In this document: positions 9,503-19,267 of the stretch, one piece after another | How the letters are laid out: the number at the start of each line of letters is the position of its first letter | Numbering within the stretch: the first letter of the stretch is position 1 | Origin: Alphaproteobacteria bacterium | GTDB lineage: Bacteria > Pseudomonadota > Alphaproteobacteria > RF32 > CAG-239 | Direction: 5' to 3' | DNA length: 64,000 nt | Assembly (NCBI GenBank): GCA_015062535.1 | Contig: SUUK01000002.1 | Coordinates: 98,724-162,723 of the forward strand | Program-made: the position numbers and the translations under genes | Notes under the pieces: generated by a model | Told to the model about the DNA's origin: nothing | Databases searched by the model: none | The model's input: the letters and a program-made list of their open reading frames with translations, nothing else

Positions 9503-10168
9503 ATGATTATCAAAAATATATTTTGGGATGTTGATGGTGTTTTAGCAAACTTGAATTATGCATATTATAATTTTTTAACAAAACATCCAAAATATGCTCC
9601 TATGTATGGCAATATCACCTGGGAACAATTGCCTGAAGTTTTGCCCATAGTTCCAAAATATGGTGCATTAGAATTAAAGACTCATCCAACACTTGGAACT
9701 GAAATGGATTATGATTTTTGTCATTCTTTTGAGTTTTTTACAAATAGACCTTTGTATCCAAATGTTATTGAAACATTAAAAGAATTTCATCAAAAGGGAT
9801 ATCGTCAGTTTACAATGTCTGCTACTTTTGATGTTGAAACAAAGACTAAGTTTTTGAATAAATTGCTTGCTCCTGTTACTGACTTTTTGACGATTAAATG
9901 TGTGCAACATGGTAAGTTTATGCATGATACAGCAAAAGAAGATATGTTAAAGAGTTGTTTTGAAGAATATGGGCTTAAAGCTGAGGAAACAATTTTGGTT
10001 GATGATAGGATTTATAACCAATATGCAACAATTAATGCAGGGGCTAATCCGATTAGATATCGTTGTGAATTTACATCTGATTTGCCAGAAGAGTTGAAAT
10101 GGATTCCAGAAGTTAGAAGTATGGAAGAATTAAAAGACTGGTTAAACAAAAATACAACAATGGAATAA
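9503..10168 (+). CDS. HAD-superfamily hydrolase (paralog 1)
   Basis: 221 aa; motif I WDVDGVL and motif IV ILVDDR. Confidence 0.65.
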   Translation: MIIKNIFWDVDGVLANLNYAYYNFLTKHPKYAPMYGNITWEQLPEVLPIVPKYGALELKTHPTLGTEMDYDFCHSFEFFTNRPLYPNVIETLKEFHQKGYRQFTMSATFDVETKTKFLNKLLAPVTDFLTIKCVQHGKFMHDTAKEDMLKSCFEEYGLKAEETILVDDRIYNQYATINAGANPIRYRCEFTSDLPEELKWIPEVRSMEELKDWLNKNTTME

Positions 10169-10188
10169 TTGGTTAATAAAATAAAAAA

Positions 10189-10221
10189 GACCTCAAACTA
10201 AAGTGATTGAGGTCTTTTTTT
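10189..10221. terminator. bidirectional Rho-independent terminator between convergent genes
   Basis: gacctcaa...ttgaggtc hairpin flanked by A-run upstream and T-run downstream. Confidence 0.55.
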
Positions 10222-10222
10222 G

Positions 10223-10564
10223 TTACTTTTTGAATAGCGGAATCATTACAGAGATTGCAAATGAAGCAAAAAGTCCGCAAGGGATAGCTATTCCTATGTT
10301 TATACGCTCTTCTGCGAGGTAAGAAAGAATGAACAACATAGCAACAATGTACAACATGATGCTCCCCATGAAGAACATAACTAAATTTTTAGTTTTGCTT
10401 TTTTCTTCAGGAGTGGCTTTGGTGGTGTAGATGTTTGGATGCTTTTTTTCCCACCGTTTGAAATAAAATAGGAAAGTTAGGCACATCAAAATACCAGAAC
10501 ACCCCATTAAGCAAATGATTTGCTTATAATCTTCAAGCATAATAAATAAATTTAAGTTAAACAA
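10223..10564 (-). CDS. hypothetical small integral membrane protein
   Basis: 113 aa, 3 predicted hydrophobic helices; true start may be the internal MLEDYKQ Met. Confidence 0.45.
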   Translation of the reverse strand: MFNLNLFIMLEDYKQIICLMGCSGILMCLTFLFYFKRWEKKHPNIYTTKATPEEKSKTKNLVMFFMGSIMLYIVAMLFILSYLAEERINIGIAIPCGLFASFAISVMIPLFKK

Positions 10565-10682
10565 AATAATTAGTAATTGATGGAAATTTTAGGCATAAAA
10601 TTTTTTTAGTCAATGAATTTTCGTGACTTTATTGGTTTTTTATGTTATAGTTATTAATATTATTTCTTTTGAATATAGGAAT

Positions 10683-11570
10683 ATGGTGATGGAAGATAAA
10701 AAGAAAGCGATGGTTATTTTAGATGTAGATGGAGTGCTAAATAGCTATTCTAATCACCGTTTTTATATGAAATTTATCATGAGAAGTTTAAGGGGGTTAT
10801 CGAAAGTTCATGGTAAGAAAAAATTATTTACAGAAATTGTAAATTTGAAAAAACACGGTGGAGCAAATGGATTATTTGTGTTTGCTAAAAAATATTGTGG
10901 TGATGATGCAAAGTATGATAAATTTTGTTATGATTTGATGAATACTCTTAATTATGATCGTATTTCATACGACCCATCAATGAAGAAAATGATGGAAAGG
11001 CTTAGTAGTTTAGGAAATATTTGTATTAGAAGCGATGGTTTGGATGATATGGCTAGAGCTGTATGGATGAGAGTTATTGAAAATAAACCATCTTCGGAAA
11101 TAAAAACAGAGTTAAGAAGAAGACGAACTGAAGAAAGTGATAGAATTGTTGAATTTTGCGGTAAAAAAGTTTGGTTTAGTGGTATTGAGGATAATGAATT
11201 TAAGCTAAAAAAAGATAAGGAAAGTTGGAAAATATTTTCTAATAAACATAAAGTTGATATAGAAAAATCGGTTTTATTAGATGATAGCAAAAAAAATCTT
11301 AATGTTGCTCAAAGTCTTGGAATGACTACTGTTCATATTAGTGTTTTGGATAGTTTTTTGCAAAAATCAAAGTTTGGTACTGTGTTTGGTTGGAGCTTGA
11401 CTGATGTTTTAGGAGAGAAGTTATCTAAAACATTGGAAAAATATAGTATTTCTTATGGTAAAAAAGTTAATGTAAGTGAGTTGTTTAAAACAATATTTAA
11501 AAAAACAACAAAGACTGATGATAGAGTTCTTGGAGAGAATAAAAAAAGTAATTTTGATAAATCAAGATGA
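10683..11570 (+). CDS. HAD-superfamily hydrolase (paralog 2) with C-terminal Lys-rich extension
   Basis: ILDVDGVLN motif I and VLLDDSKKNLNVAQSLGMTTVHI motif III/IV; ATG 10683 preceded by AGGA; track ORF starts upstream at 10623. Confidence 0.6.
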   Translation: MVMEDKKKAMVILDVDGVLNSYSNHRFYMKFIMRSLRGLSKVHGKKKLFTEIVNLKKHGGANGLFVFAKKYCGDDAKYDKFCYDLMNTLNYDRISYDPSMKKMMERLSSLGNICIRSDGLDDMARAVWMRVIENKPSSEIKTELRRRRTEESDRIVEFCGKKVWFSGIEDNEFKLKKDKESWKIFSNKHKVDIEKSVLLDDSKKNLNVAQSLGMTTVHISVLDSFLQKSKFGTVFGWSLTDVLGEKLSKTLEKYSISYGKKVNVSELFKTIFKKTTKTDDRVLGENKKSNFDKSR

Positions 11571-11662
11571 TAGTGAAAATTTTATAATTTAAAACTTGAT
11601 AAATTTATTTAAGTATGCTAGTTTTACAGGGTTTATTGTATTATTTTTAAATTTTTACGTAT

Positions 11663-12061
11663 ATGAATAAAGAAAAAATTTTGTATCGTGTGTCATCCAT
11701 TTCATGTATTTTGGGTGTTTGTTGTTTTGTGTTTAGCATATTGGCTAGCGAGACTTGGGCTGCTATAGTTTGTTTTGTTTTTATGATTATGTTTGCGGTT
11801 TGTGAAGCATGGGCTGATAATATTAAGGCGGACAGAGGTCCTCTTAGTTATAAGAAAAGAGTGAGTGCTCTTAAGTTTGTAGCTGAGAAAAAAGCCGGTA
11901 CTCCGGAAGAGTTTATTACTGAGCATAGTAAAGAGCTTTATGACTGTTTTTTGAAACATGGGTATATTCACGAATTTGCCGTTGAAGAAGGCAATGAAGC
12001 AAACAGAAAATGGGAAGTAACAAAGGTTGGCATGCGGAAAAAAGTTGAAATTTGTTCTTAA
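11663..12061 (+). CDS. hypothetical membrane protein (2 TM + soluble C-terminal domain)
   Basis: 132 aa; hydrophobic N-terminal 60 aa then charged domain. Confidence 0.45.
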   Translation: MNKEKILYRVSSISCILGVCCFVFSILASETWAAIVCFVFMIMFAVCEAWADNIKADRGPLSYKKRVSALKFVAEKKAGTPEEFITEHSKELYDCFLKHGYIHEFAVEEGNEANRKWEVTKVGMRKKVEICS

Positions 12062-12068
12062 AATTAAA

Positions 12069-12094
12069 GGATGGGTAAAACCATCCTTTTTTTT
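12069..12094 (+). terminator. Rho-independent terminator
   Basis: ggatgg gtaaaa ccatcc followed by T8. Confidence 0.6.
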
Positions 12095-12277
12095 GAAATA
12101 GAATATGGTAAAAGTATTGACTTATGTGACATGGGTTTGGTATTAGTTATATTAATGTGGGGATTTATTTCTCTATATTAAAGCTCTCTAAAAGAGGGCT
12201 TTTTTTGTTTTTAAATTTTAAGTTAAAGAGTTATTACCGAAAGGTTGTAGCTCTTTTTTATATGAAAGGATAAAATT

Positions 12278-13429
12278 ATGACATATAATTTAATGGACTT
12301 GGTTGATGAGAGTAAACTTGCTACAAAAAGAGAAAATAAGAAAAAACTTCATAAACTTTTAGATAAATATGGAAGTGTGGAAGAAATTGAGCGAAGTGGA
12401 GATTTGAGAGATAATTTTGAGCTTGATTTTGCAAGAATTGATGGTGCGTTAGATGAAGTGTTAGAAGAAAGGAAATTAGGGTATAGAGAGCCACAATCTT
12501 CTAGTGATGATGAAATAAAAACAAATGTGAAGAAGTCTAATTCATTGCTTCCGGATGATGAGGATTTTTCTTTGGAGGGATTAAGGCTTTCTGATGAGCA
12601 AAGGAGGACAATTGATAGGCTTGATATGACAAATCAGTTAGCGGTAATTAGGGCGCTTCGAGAACAACAAGGAGTTAAGAAACCAAAGCCTAAGAAGGAA
12701 AATTCAGAAGCATCTAAAAGTGAGCTTGATGTTTTAAGAGAAAAGGTTGATAAGGCAAATCGGGAGATAAAAGTTGCAGATAATGAACATAAAAGAACAA
12801 AGAGTGATGCAGAAGTGGAGAAAGAGGATAATAAGAAAGGATATAAACAAGCTGATGATATACAAAAGCAAAGAATTTTATCACCTAATGAAATTATTAC
12901 TGATTATTTAAATGATAATTTCTATTCAACTCTAGGATATAAAGAGTCGTCAAATGATTACCACAAAAGGCTTAATGATAAACAAGGTGTTGGAGCTGTT
13001 GGAAAATATCAATTTAGAAAACCAGCCTTTCAAGAAACAGGATTTATGGATAAAAATGGTAATTTTACTGGAAAATATGGCGTAAATTCTGTAAGAGATT
13101 TTCTAAATAATCCTGAAGTGCAAGAAAAGGCTGTTCGCGAATTATTGAAAAAAAATTACAATTATATGATTAATTATAAGGTATTACATCTGTTAGGAAA
13201 CACAATTTCGGGAAAAGTTGCAGATTTTCCTATTACTATATCTGGAATGTTAGCAGCTTCTCATAAAGAAGGTGGACCGATGACTGCAAAATATTTAAAA
13301 TCTCTTGAAAAAAACAAAGATGGATTGTATTATCTTCCATATCATAAATATAAAGGTAATACATTAAGGAGTTTTTTGGCAATTGAAACGAGGTTACGTG
13401 AATTTTCAGAGCTTAATACTGACAATTAG
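12278..13429 (+). CDS. hypothetical protein: charged coiled-coil-like N-terminal region + C-terminal lytic transglycosylase (GH23/SLT)-like domain; no signal peptide
   Basis: 383 aa; C-terminal LGYKESSNDY...GAVGKYQF...DFLNNPEVQEKAVRELL...AASHKEGGP parallels SLT motifs ES...GAxGLMQ...dPetNi...AYNaGpg. Confidence 0.5.
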   Translation: MTYNLMDLVDESKLATKRENKKKLHKLLDKYGSVEEIERSGDLRDNFELDFARIDGALDEVLEERKLGYREPQSSSDDEIKTNVKKSNSLLPDDEDFSLEGLRLSDEQRRTIDRLDMTNQLAVIRALREQQGVKKPKPKKENSEASKSELDVLREKVDKANREIKVADNEHKRTKSDAEVEKEDNKKGYKQADDIQKQRILSPNEIITDYLNDNFYSTLGYKESSNDYHKRLNDKQGVGAVGKYQFRKPAFQETGFMDKNGNFTGKYGVNSVRDFLNNPEVQEKAVRELLKKNYNYMINYKVLHLLGNTISGKVADFPITISGMLAASHKEGGPMTAKYLKSLEKNKDGLYYLPYHKYKGNTLRSFLAIETRLREFSELNTDN

Positions 13430-14027
13430 TATTGTTTTGGGTTTATCTTATGGTAAAGCTAATGCTTTACCACAAGATTGGCCCTGTTTTGATTTTGAGT
13501 TAAATAAAGTTGAAGTAATAGCAGATAATAAAGATGAATTTGAATATAAATATAAAGGTGAAACATCTTTATACACAATAGAAATTAATTTAATAGGAAA
13601 CTATCAAGACTTAAATTTATTTGCAAATTGTGGAAGTGCTGGTTGTGGTGGAACTATAAGTGAGAATAAAACCGGTAAATCTGAAAATTTAAGATTTTTT
13701 TGTGAAAACTATAGTGATGATTATTCAAAAGTGAAATGTAGTATTGTAAAAGGTGATGAATTTATTTTTAATCAAATTAACGGAACTTATCAAGCAAATT
13801 ATTGTTTAGATGATAAAACAAAAATTCTAACCTTTGATAAAAATAAGTGTGATAATTGTCATTGTGTGATTTATGGGAAAAATGATACTCAGACACTATT
13901 AAAAATGGGGTGTGATTTTAGGGATAATGTTGCACATTGTTTTAGTTATGCAGGGTATGAAGAGTGGCGTAATTTTGAAAATAATGAGAATGATTTTAAG
14001 AATTGTGTTAAATTGAAGTTTGATTAA
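13398..14027 (+). CDS. secreted cysteine-rich protein (signal peptide; at least 14 Cys), overlapping the end of the upstream gene
   Basis: Probable GTG start at 13398 giving VNFQSLILTISIVLGLSYGKANA signal peptide; mature part rich in Cys (CGSAGCGG, KCDNCHCVIYG, GCDFRDNVAHC); track ORF starts at TTG 13383. Confidence 0.5.
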   Translation: MNFQSLILTISIVLGLSYGKANALPQDWPCFDFELNKVEVIADNKDEFEYKYKGETSLYTIEINLIGNYQDLNLFANCGSAGCGGTISENKTGKSENLRFFCENYSDDYSKVKCSIVKGDEFIFNQINGTYQANYCLDDKTKILTFDKNKCDNCHCVIYGKNDTQTLLKMGCDFRDNVAHCFSYAGYEEWRNFENNENDFKNCVKLKFD

Positions 14028-14488
14028 AACCTAAAACCATCATTTTTTGCATCTAGTATAACTTCTAAAATACGATATATTTCAGAGGTTATACTTTTTT
14101 CTAAAATTAATTTTCCTAAAGATGTATCTTTATCATTGTTTTCTTTACACCATGAAGTTTCATTATTTTGTTGGCAGAAAATTATAATGCGGTAAAGGTT
14201 TTGGTTATCCTTTTCTATATTGTTTATGGTTTTTTTTAGATTTTCTATTTCTGTTTTTTCAATAAATGTTGAAGATATTTGTATAATTTTATTTTTTAAG
14301 CATTGACGGAGTTTTCTCTCGTTTTTTACATCTTCAATATTTGCTTTTACGCTATTTTGTATATTGGTTTTATTAATTGTTTTTTCGCAATTTTCATATA
14401 TAGATTGGGCAGTAAGAGTATTTATTGTTTGAGCATTTGCAATACTAATAGCAAATAAAAAACTGAAAAATATTAAAAACTTTTTCAT
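14024..14488 (-). CDS. hypothetical secreted protein
   Basis: 154 aa; N-terminal signal peptide MKKFLIFFSFLFAISIANAQ; Lys/Asn/Glu-rich. Confidence 0.5.
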   Translation of the reverse strand: MKKFLIFFSFLFAISIANAQTINTLTAQSIYENCEKTINKTNIQNSVKANIEDVKNERKLRQCLKNKIIQISSTFIEKTEIENLKKTINNIEKDNQNLYRIIIFCQQNNETSWCKENNDKDTSLGKLILEKSITSEIYRILEVILDAKNDGFRF

Positions 14489-14619
14489 TAAAGAGCTCCT
14501 TATAGTGATTAGGTTATGATATGAGTTTTAGGGGAAAAGTCAATAAAAGAAATGGTTGGGTAATGAGAGAGGATAAGAGTAAAGCGCCGGATAATCGACG
14601 CTTTTGGAGAATGAAACTT

Positions 14620-14913
14620 TTATATTATTCCATAAATAGCTTCTGATATTGATGGCGGTGGTATGACATTGTTGTTATCGCTTATTTTGGGGCGGATTAG
14701 CTCATTGTAAAAATAAATGATTGAAAAAACTCTTATTGAACTGGTTAAAGTCATTTGTTTGCTTTTAGTTTGGTTTATTAATTCAATTAGGTTGTTTCTT
14801 TTAATGTTTTCTTTTTTGCAGATGATATCAATTGCTTCCCATTCATCTTCTGCTAGGCGCAAACAGGTTTTTTTGTTTTCGATAACTATTATTTTGCTTG
14901 TGAGGGTTACCAA
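14620..14913 (-). CDS. ribbon-helix-helix (RHH_4-like) DNA-binding protein, tandem paralog A
   Basis: 97 aa; LRLAEDEWEAIDIICKKENIKRNNLIELI matches the RHH_4 pattern (RLsxxewxALdxIaxxegxsxnxLixxI). Confidence 0.6.
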   Translation of the reverse strand: MVTLTSKIIVIENKKTCLRLAEDEWEAIDIICKKENIKRNNLIELINQTKSKQMTLTSSIRVFSIIYFYNELIRPKISDNNNVIPPPSISEAIYGII

Positions 14914-14926
14914 TTTTTTATCCTTT

Positions 14927-15220
14927 TTATTTAGTAATTTGATTTATTGCATCATGTATTGGGCTTTTGAATTCGTTATTATTTGATGTTTGTGAGGCAT
15001 ATATGATAGAGTTTTTATAATAAATGATTGTAAACAAACGGATTGATGAAGTAAATCCAAGCTTAGGGTCTTTGTTGGCATCAATTAAATCAAAAAGGTT
15101 TTTGCGATTTATTTTTTCTCTTTGACAGATTGTATCAAGAGCTTTCCACTCGCATGGAGTAAGCTTCATGCTGGTTCTTCGTGATTTTATATCTATAACT
15201 CGACTTGATGAATGTTTCAT
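14927..15220 (-). CDS. ribbon-helix-helix (RHH_4-like) DNA-binding protein, tandem paralog B
   Basis: 97 aa; MKLTPCEWKALDTICQREKINRKNLFDLI; clear paralog of 14620..14913. Confidence 0.6.
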   Translation of the reverse strand: MKHSSSRVIDIKSRRTSMKLTPCEWKALDTICQREKINRKNLFDLIDANKDPKLGFTSSIRLFTIIYYKNSIIYASQTSNNNEFKSPIHDAINQITK

Positions 15221-15436
15221 GTGTGCTCCTGTTTGTTTTTCTATATTATGGTGAATTTGTTTTAAAATGCAACGTGTATTTGTTTTTATTTTGTTTCTTT
15301 GAGGCTTGTTATTGAATTTATTGGCTTTTTTTTGTGTAAAAGTGTGGTGTTTTTGCTATTCTAATGTAATATTTTTTATAAGATATAATAAAAAGGTTGT
15401 ATTTTAAGTAAATTTAGATTATAGAAAACATGAAAG

Positions 15437-15919
15437 GTGGAATATATGACTAGTGATTGTTTTTGGGAATTAAAAAAACTTTATGATGATATACAAAATG
15501 AGTGCTTAAGTGGAGCTATTTTGGATGTTAAACATTTTAGGGTGTATGAGGATGTTTTGAAAATTTGCTATGACTTGTTGGTTGATGCAAAAAGATATGA
15601 GGCCGTTTTTTTTAATAAAAATGAAAAAATGTCTTGTGATAAAGAAAAGATTGGCAACGATTTTAACAAATTTTATGGCTTTTCTAAATATGATGATGAA
15701 TGTGATGATATAGATAGGAAAAGGGCTGTTTTTAGTGAGTGGAAAAGTGGCGAAAATGCATACAAGAATTTGCAAGACTTTTCTTTTGAAGTAAGCAAAA
15801 AGGAAGAATTTAATTTTGATAGATGTTTTAGTTTGTTTAGTGAAGTTTTAGATAACTTAAAAAAACAAGCCTCTATTTTGGATATTAAAGAGGCTGTTTT
15901 AAGTAATATTAAAAAATAA
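15437..15919 (+). CDS. hypothetical protein
   Basis: 160 aa ORF in AT-rich islet, no recognisable motifs. Confidence 0.4.
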   Translation: MEYMTSDCFWELKKLYDDIQNECLSGAILDVKHFRVYEDVLKICYDLLVDAKRYEAVFFNKNEKMSCDKEKIGNDFNKFYGFSKYDDECDDIDRKRAVFSEWKSGENAYKNLQDFSFEVSKKEEFNFDRCFSLFSEVLDNLKKQASILDIKEAVLSNIKK

Positions 15920-15928
15920 CTATCATTG

Positions 15929-16903
15929 TTACAGTGTTGAAATTTTATTTGCGATTTCTTCTGCAGTATTTAGTGGTGTTGGTGGAGTTGAGATAGTTTT
16001 TTCTATATTGTTGGTTAGCTCTGTTGCGTAGCCTTTGTCATATAGTGATTGAACAAAGCGCAAGTGTTTTTTTGTGAGCCAATTTGAGCCAGTAAATATT
16101 CTAAGAGGCTTTTTAGTTGCAGTTGCTTCACAACACATAGAAACGGAATCTCCTGTAACAACTAAATTGTCTGCACAAGCTAGAAAACCTAAATAAGGAT
16201 TATCACCTGTTGCACCCCATAGGTAGCTGTAATTTGGGATATTTTCTAAGTTTTGCATTATGATTTTTTCTGCTTCAAGACCAGTTCTTCTTGAAGTGGT
16301 GATTAGAAGAGAACCACCTTCGGTTTCTTTTAATTTTTTTACTGATTTTGCTAAATTAAGAGCATTTTCAAGAGAAAATTGGTGTTTTTTGATTGAGCCA
16401 CCGATAATTAAAGCTGTTATTGGGTGGGGAAGGTTAGAAAAGGTTTCTTGCCAAGTTTTTTGAGCTTGTTCTAGTTTTTCATCAGTAATAAAGTGTGGAG
16501 CGCCTGTTGTGTAGTGTATGTTTGGTGATTTTGTTTTATACATATCATGCTCTGGTACAAAAACCATATCAAACTCTTTTAAGCCAGTTTTGCCAATATG
16601 GATTAGTTGAACTAACTTGGTTTTAGGGCTGTGTTTTTTGATAAATCTAGCAATTGGCGCTGTTCTTCTAGTTGAAGATAAAACTATATCTGGATATGGA
16701 GCGGTGATGCTTTGTTTGGTTGCATCTGTTGTTCCAAGTAAGGTTTTTTGACGGATAAAGTTGGGTAGAGCTGCCCATTTTGTGTATTCAATTTGTTTTT
16801 CAATAATATCGAATTTTGTTTTATCTAAATAGTGAGCAATACCTTCAGCTTGATGACGGCTTCCAATACGATTGTCTAGTAATATCCAAATAGTTTTCTT
16901 CAT
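15929..16903 (-). CDS. ELM1/DUF1022-family protein (GT-B-fold, putative glycosyltransferase-like)
   Basis: 324 aa; C-terminal GDNPYLGFLACADNLVVTGDSVSMCCEATATKKPL resembles the conserved block of the Mito_fiss_Elm1 family found in alphaproteobacteria. Confidence 0.45.
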   Translation of the reverse strand: MKKTIWILLDNRIGSRHQAEGIAHYLDKTKFDIIEKQIEYTKWAALPNFIRQKTLLGTTDATKQSITAPYPDIVLSSTRRTAPIARFIKKHSPKTKLVQLIHIGKTGLKEFDMVFVPEHDMYKTKSPNIHYTTGAPHFITDEKLEQAQKTWQETFSNLPHPITALIIGGSIKKHQFSLENALNLAKSVKKLKETEGGSLLITTSRRTGLEAEKIIMQNLENIPNYSYLWGATGDNPYLGFLACADNLVVTGDSVSMCCEATATKKPLRIFTGSNWLTKKHLRFVQSLYDKGYATELTNNIEKTISTPPTPLNTAEEIANKISTL

Positions 16904-17003
16904 GTAGTTAAACTTTTTATCAATAATGTGTGGGTTTTTAGTATTTTATTAAGTTATATATGATAAGGACTAATATATGCAAGTATAAATTTGTTTTTAT
17001 AGA

Positions 17004-17318
17004 GTGTTAAAAATGAAAAAGATTTTATGTTTAGGGTTAATGATTGCTTTTATGCCTTTTGGGAGTGCAAATGCTCAAATGGCTGCGCTTAATAAGGCTA
17101 AGTATATTGCAACTCTTAAAGTTGTTTGTGATCATAAGATGAATGACGAAGATATTGTGTCTGATCTTGATAGACTTAGAGAACATGAAAAATTTAGAAA
17201 AAGTTTAGCAAAAATGGTAGGTAAATTAGACAACTCAAAACCAAATGAGGCAAAAAACCAAAGAATTATGCGTATTTTGGAAAGAGCTGGTAGAGAAATA
17301 TATAACGAATTAAAGTAG
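17004..17318 (+). CDS. hypothetical secreted protein
   Basis: 104 aa; signal peptide MKKILCLGLMIAFMPFGSANA. Confidence 0.45.
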   Translation: MLKMKKILCLGLMIAFMPFGSANAQMAALNKAKYIATLKVVCDHKMNDEDIVSDLDRLREHEKFRKSLAKMVGKLDNSKPNEAKNQRIMRILERAGREIYNELK

Positions 17319-17329
17319 TGGGGGTTGCT

Positions 17330-17719
17330 ATGTATCGTTTTTTAATGTTTGCAATGATTTTTATGTTAAATGCTTGTGCAACTGAATATGTGTTTGTTGA
17401 TGACACAGAAGTGGTTGAAGTTAGTGATAATTCAAATGAGCAGTATTATGTTGAAAGTGTTCAAAGTGATGAAGGCGCAGAATTTAGTATTGCTGAAGAG
17501 GGTAGATTGATTACTGCAAATGATGTTTTTGTTGTTGGTGAGGGAAATGATTTTGTTACTTATCAATATAAAAATGTTCGTGTAGATGAAATTTCTCCAC
17601 TTGCTACAATGTATTGTGCAGATGTTGCTTTTGGCGGTTCTCCATATTTAAGAGAAGTTAGTCTTTATCATAATGGTTTTATGAGAGCAACTTTTGATTG
17701 CGTTAGTCTTGCAATCTAA
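17330..17719 (+). CDS. hypothetical lipoprotein
   Basis: ATG 17330 preceded by GGGGG; [16 protein letters not shown] with lipobox L-N-A-C; acidic mature protein. Confidence 0.5.
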   Translation: MYRFLMFAMIFMLNACATEYVFVDDTEVVEVSDNSNEQYYVESVQSDEGAEFSIAEEGRLITANDVFVVGEGNDFVTYQYKNVRVDEISPLATMYCADVAFGGSPYLREVSLYHNGFMRATFDCVSLAI

Positions 17720-17760
17720 AATATAATTCCCTATATTGTATAAAAAATAAGGGAATAAAC

Positions 17761-18648
17761 ATGGTAAAAAATTTATATGATATTTTAGGTGTTAGTAAAT
17801 CTGCTAGTCAAACTGAGATAAAATCTCAGTATCGTAAACTTGCGAGAAAATATCACCCAGATTTAAATAAAGATAATAAAGAAGCGGCAGAAAAATTTAA
17901 GGAAATTTCTGCAGCATATGATATTTTGGGTGATAAGGATAAAAAACAAAAATATGATAACAATGAAATAGATGCTGATGGCAAACCTACTGGTTTTGGA
18001 GCTGGTGGTTTTGGTGGGCAATATCAGTCTTATGGAGGGGGAGGTTTTAATCCTCAAGGTTTTGACTTTTCTTCTATATTTGGTGAAGATGTTTTTGGTG
18101 GCTTTGGCGGTGGAAATGGTTATGCTAGACGAGCTCAAAAGGGGCAAGATGTATCTTATCAATTAGATGTTGATTTTTTAGATGTTGCTGTTGGCGCTGA
18201 AAAAAGTATTGTATTAAATGGTAAGCAAATAAATGTAAAAATTCCGGCTGGGACTAGTTCTGGACAAGTTCTTAGATTAAAAGGACAGGGTGGTAAAGGA
18301 TATAATAATGGTGCTAATGGTGATGCGCTTATTAGTATTAATGTTAAATCTCATCCTTATTTTAGAAGAGAGGGTATAAATATTTTAATTGATTTGCCTA
18401 TATCTATGAAAGAAGCAGTGCTTGGTGCTAAGGTTGTTGTGCCAACGATTAATGGAAAAGTTAATGTTAGCATACCGGCGTATTCTTCTAGTGGTGAAAA
18501 ACTTAGACTTAAAGGTAAAGGTATCAAAACAAAATCAGGTGTAGGTGATGAAATAATTAATCTTGTTATTATGGCTCCTAAAAATAAAGATAAAGAGTTG
18601 GAAGCTGTTTTGGAAAAGAGTAATGAGAATATTTTAAGGACGTATTGA
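17761..18648 (+). CDS. cbpA: DnaJ-class co-chaperone lacking zinc finger (CbpA-like curved-DNA-binding protein)
   Basis: J-domain [33 protein letters not shown] with HPD; Gly/Phe-rich linker; no CxxCxGxG repeats; two C-terminal DnaJ substrate domains. Confidence 0.8.
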   Translation: MVKNLYDILGVSKSASQTEIKSQYRKLARKYHPDLNKDNKEAAEKFKEISAAYDILGDKDKKQKYDNNEIDADGKPTGFGAGGFGGQYQSYGGGGFNPQGFDFSSIFGEDVFGGFGGGNGYARRAQKGQDVSYQLDVDFLDVAVGAEKSIVLNGKQINVKIPAGTSSGQVLRLKGQGGKGYNNGANGDALISINVKSHPYFRREGINILIDLPISMKEAVLGAKVVVPTINGKVNVSIPAYSSSGEKLRLKGKGIKTKSGVGDEIINLVIMAPKNKDKELEAVLEKSNENILRTY

Positions 18649-19217
18649 TGAACTTTGAAGTTTTAGAAAATTTTGAATGGTATAACGAGCCAGAGAATGT
18701 ACGTTTTGAAGCAAATGACATGGTTGTTTATGCAAAAGAGGGGACGGATTTTTGGCAAAGCATTCAACGTGGATTTAAAAAAGATAATGGTCATTTTTTC
18801 TTTTGTAGAAAAGTTGAGGATTTTCAGTTTGTTTTGAAGTGGACAATTGAGGATTTGGTTAAATTTTCTCAATGCGGGATAATGCTTAGAATTGATGAAA
18901 GAAATTGGTTTAAGGCATCTATTGAGAAAGAAACGAGTAATGAGTTTATTATTACATCATCTTTAACAAATGGAGGGCATTCTGATTGGTCTAAAACAGA
19001 TGTTAGCTCATATAATGGAGAAATTTGGTTTAAGATTGTTAAAGTTGGTGATGAGTATGAAATTTTTTATTCTGTTGATGGAATAAATTTTGTTAAATTT
19101 AAGATGTTTTATATGTTTAGTTTTGAAGATGTAAAAGTTGGCGCTTATATCTCTAGTTTGGAAGAGGAAAACTTTTCGGCGATACTTTCTGATATTTATT
19201 TTGAAGATGTTTTTTAA
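18645..19217 (+). CDS. DUF1349-like (concanavalin-like) protein, translationally coupled to cbpA
   Basis: Start overlaps cbpA stop (ATGA); [21 protein letters not shown]... resembles N-terminus of DUF1349 family. Confidence 0.5.
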   Translation: MMNFEVLENFEWYNEPENVRFEANDMVVYAKEGTDFWQSIQRGFKKDNGHFFFCRKVEDFQFVLKWTIEDLVKFSQCGIMLRIDERNWFKASIEKETSNEFIITSSLTNGGHSDWSKTDVSSYNGEIWFKIVKVGDEYEIFYSVDGINFVKFKMFYMFSFEDVKVGAYISSLEEENFSAILSDIYFEDVF

Positions 19218-19267
19218 TTTTACATACTAAATTTTATAAAAAAAATGCTCCTTGTTGCAAAAGAATA

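Noticed and set aside
9298-9513. 71-aa ORF on minus strand
   Set aside because: Overlaps tRNA-Pro (9375..9451) and its promoter; translation is low complexity.
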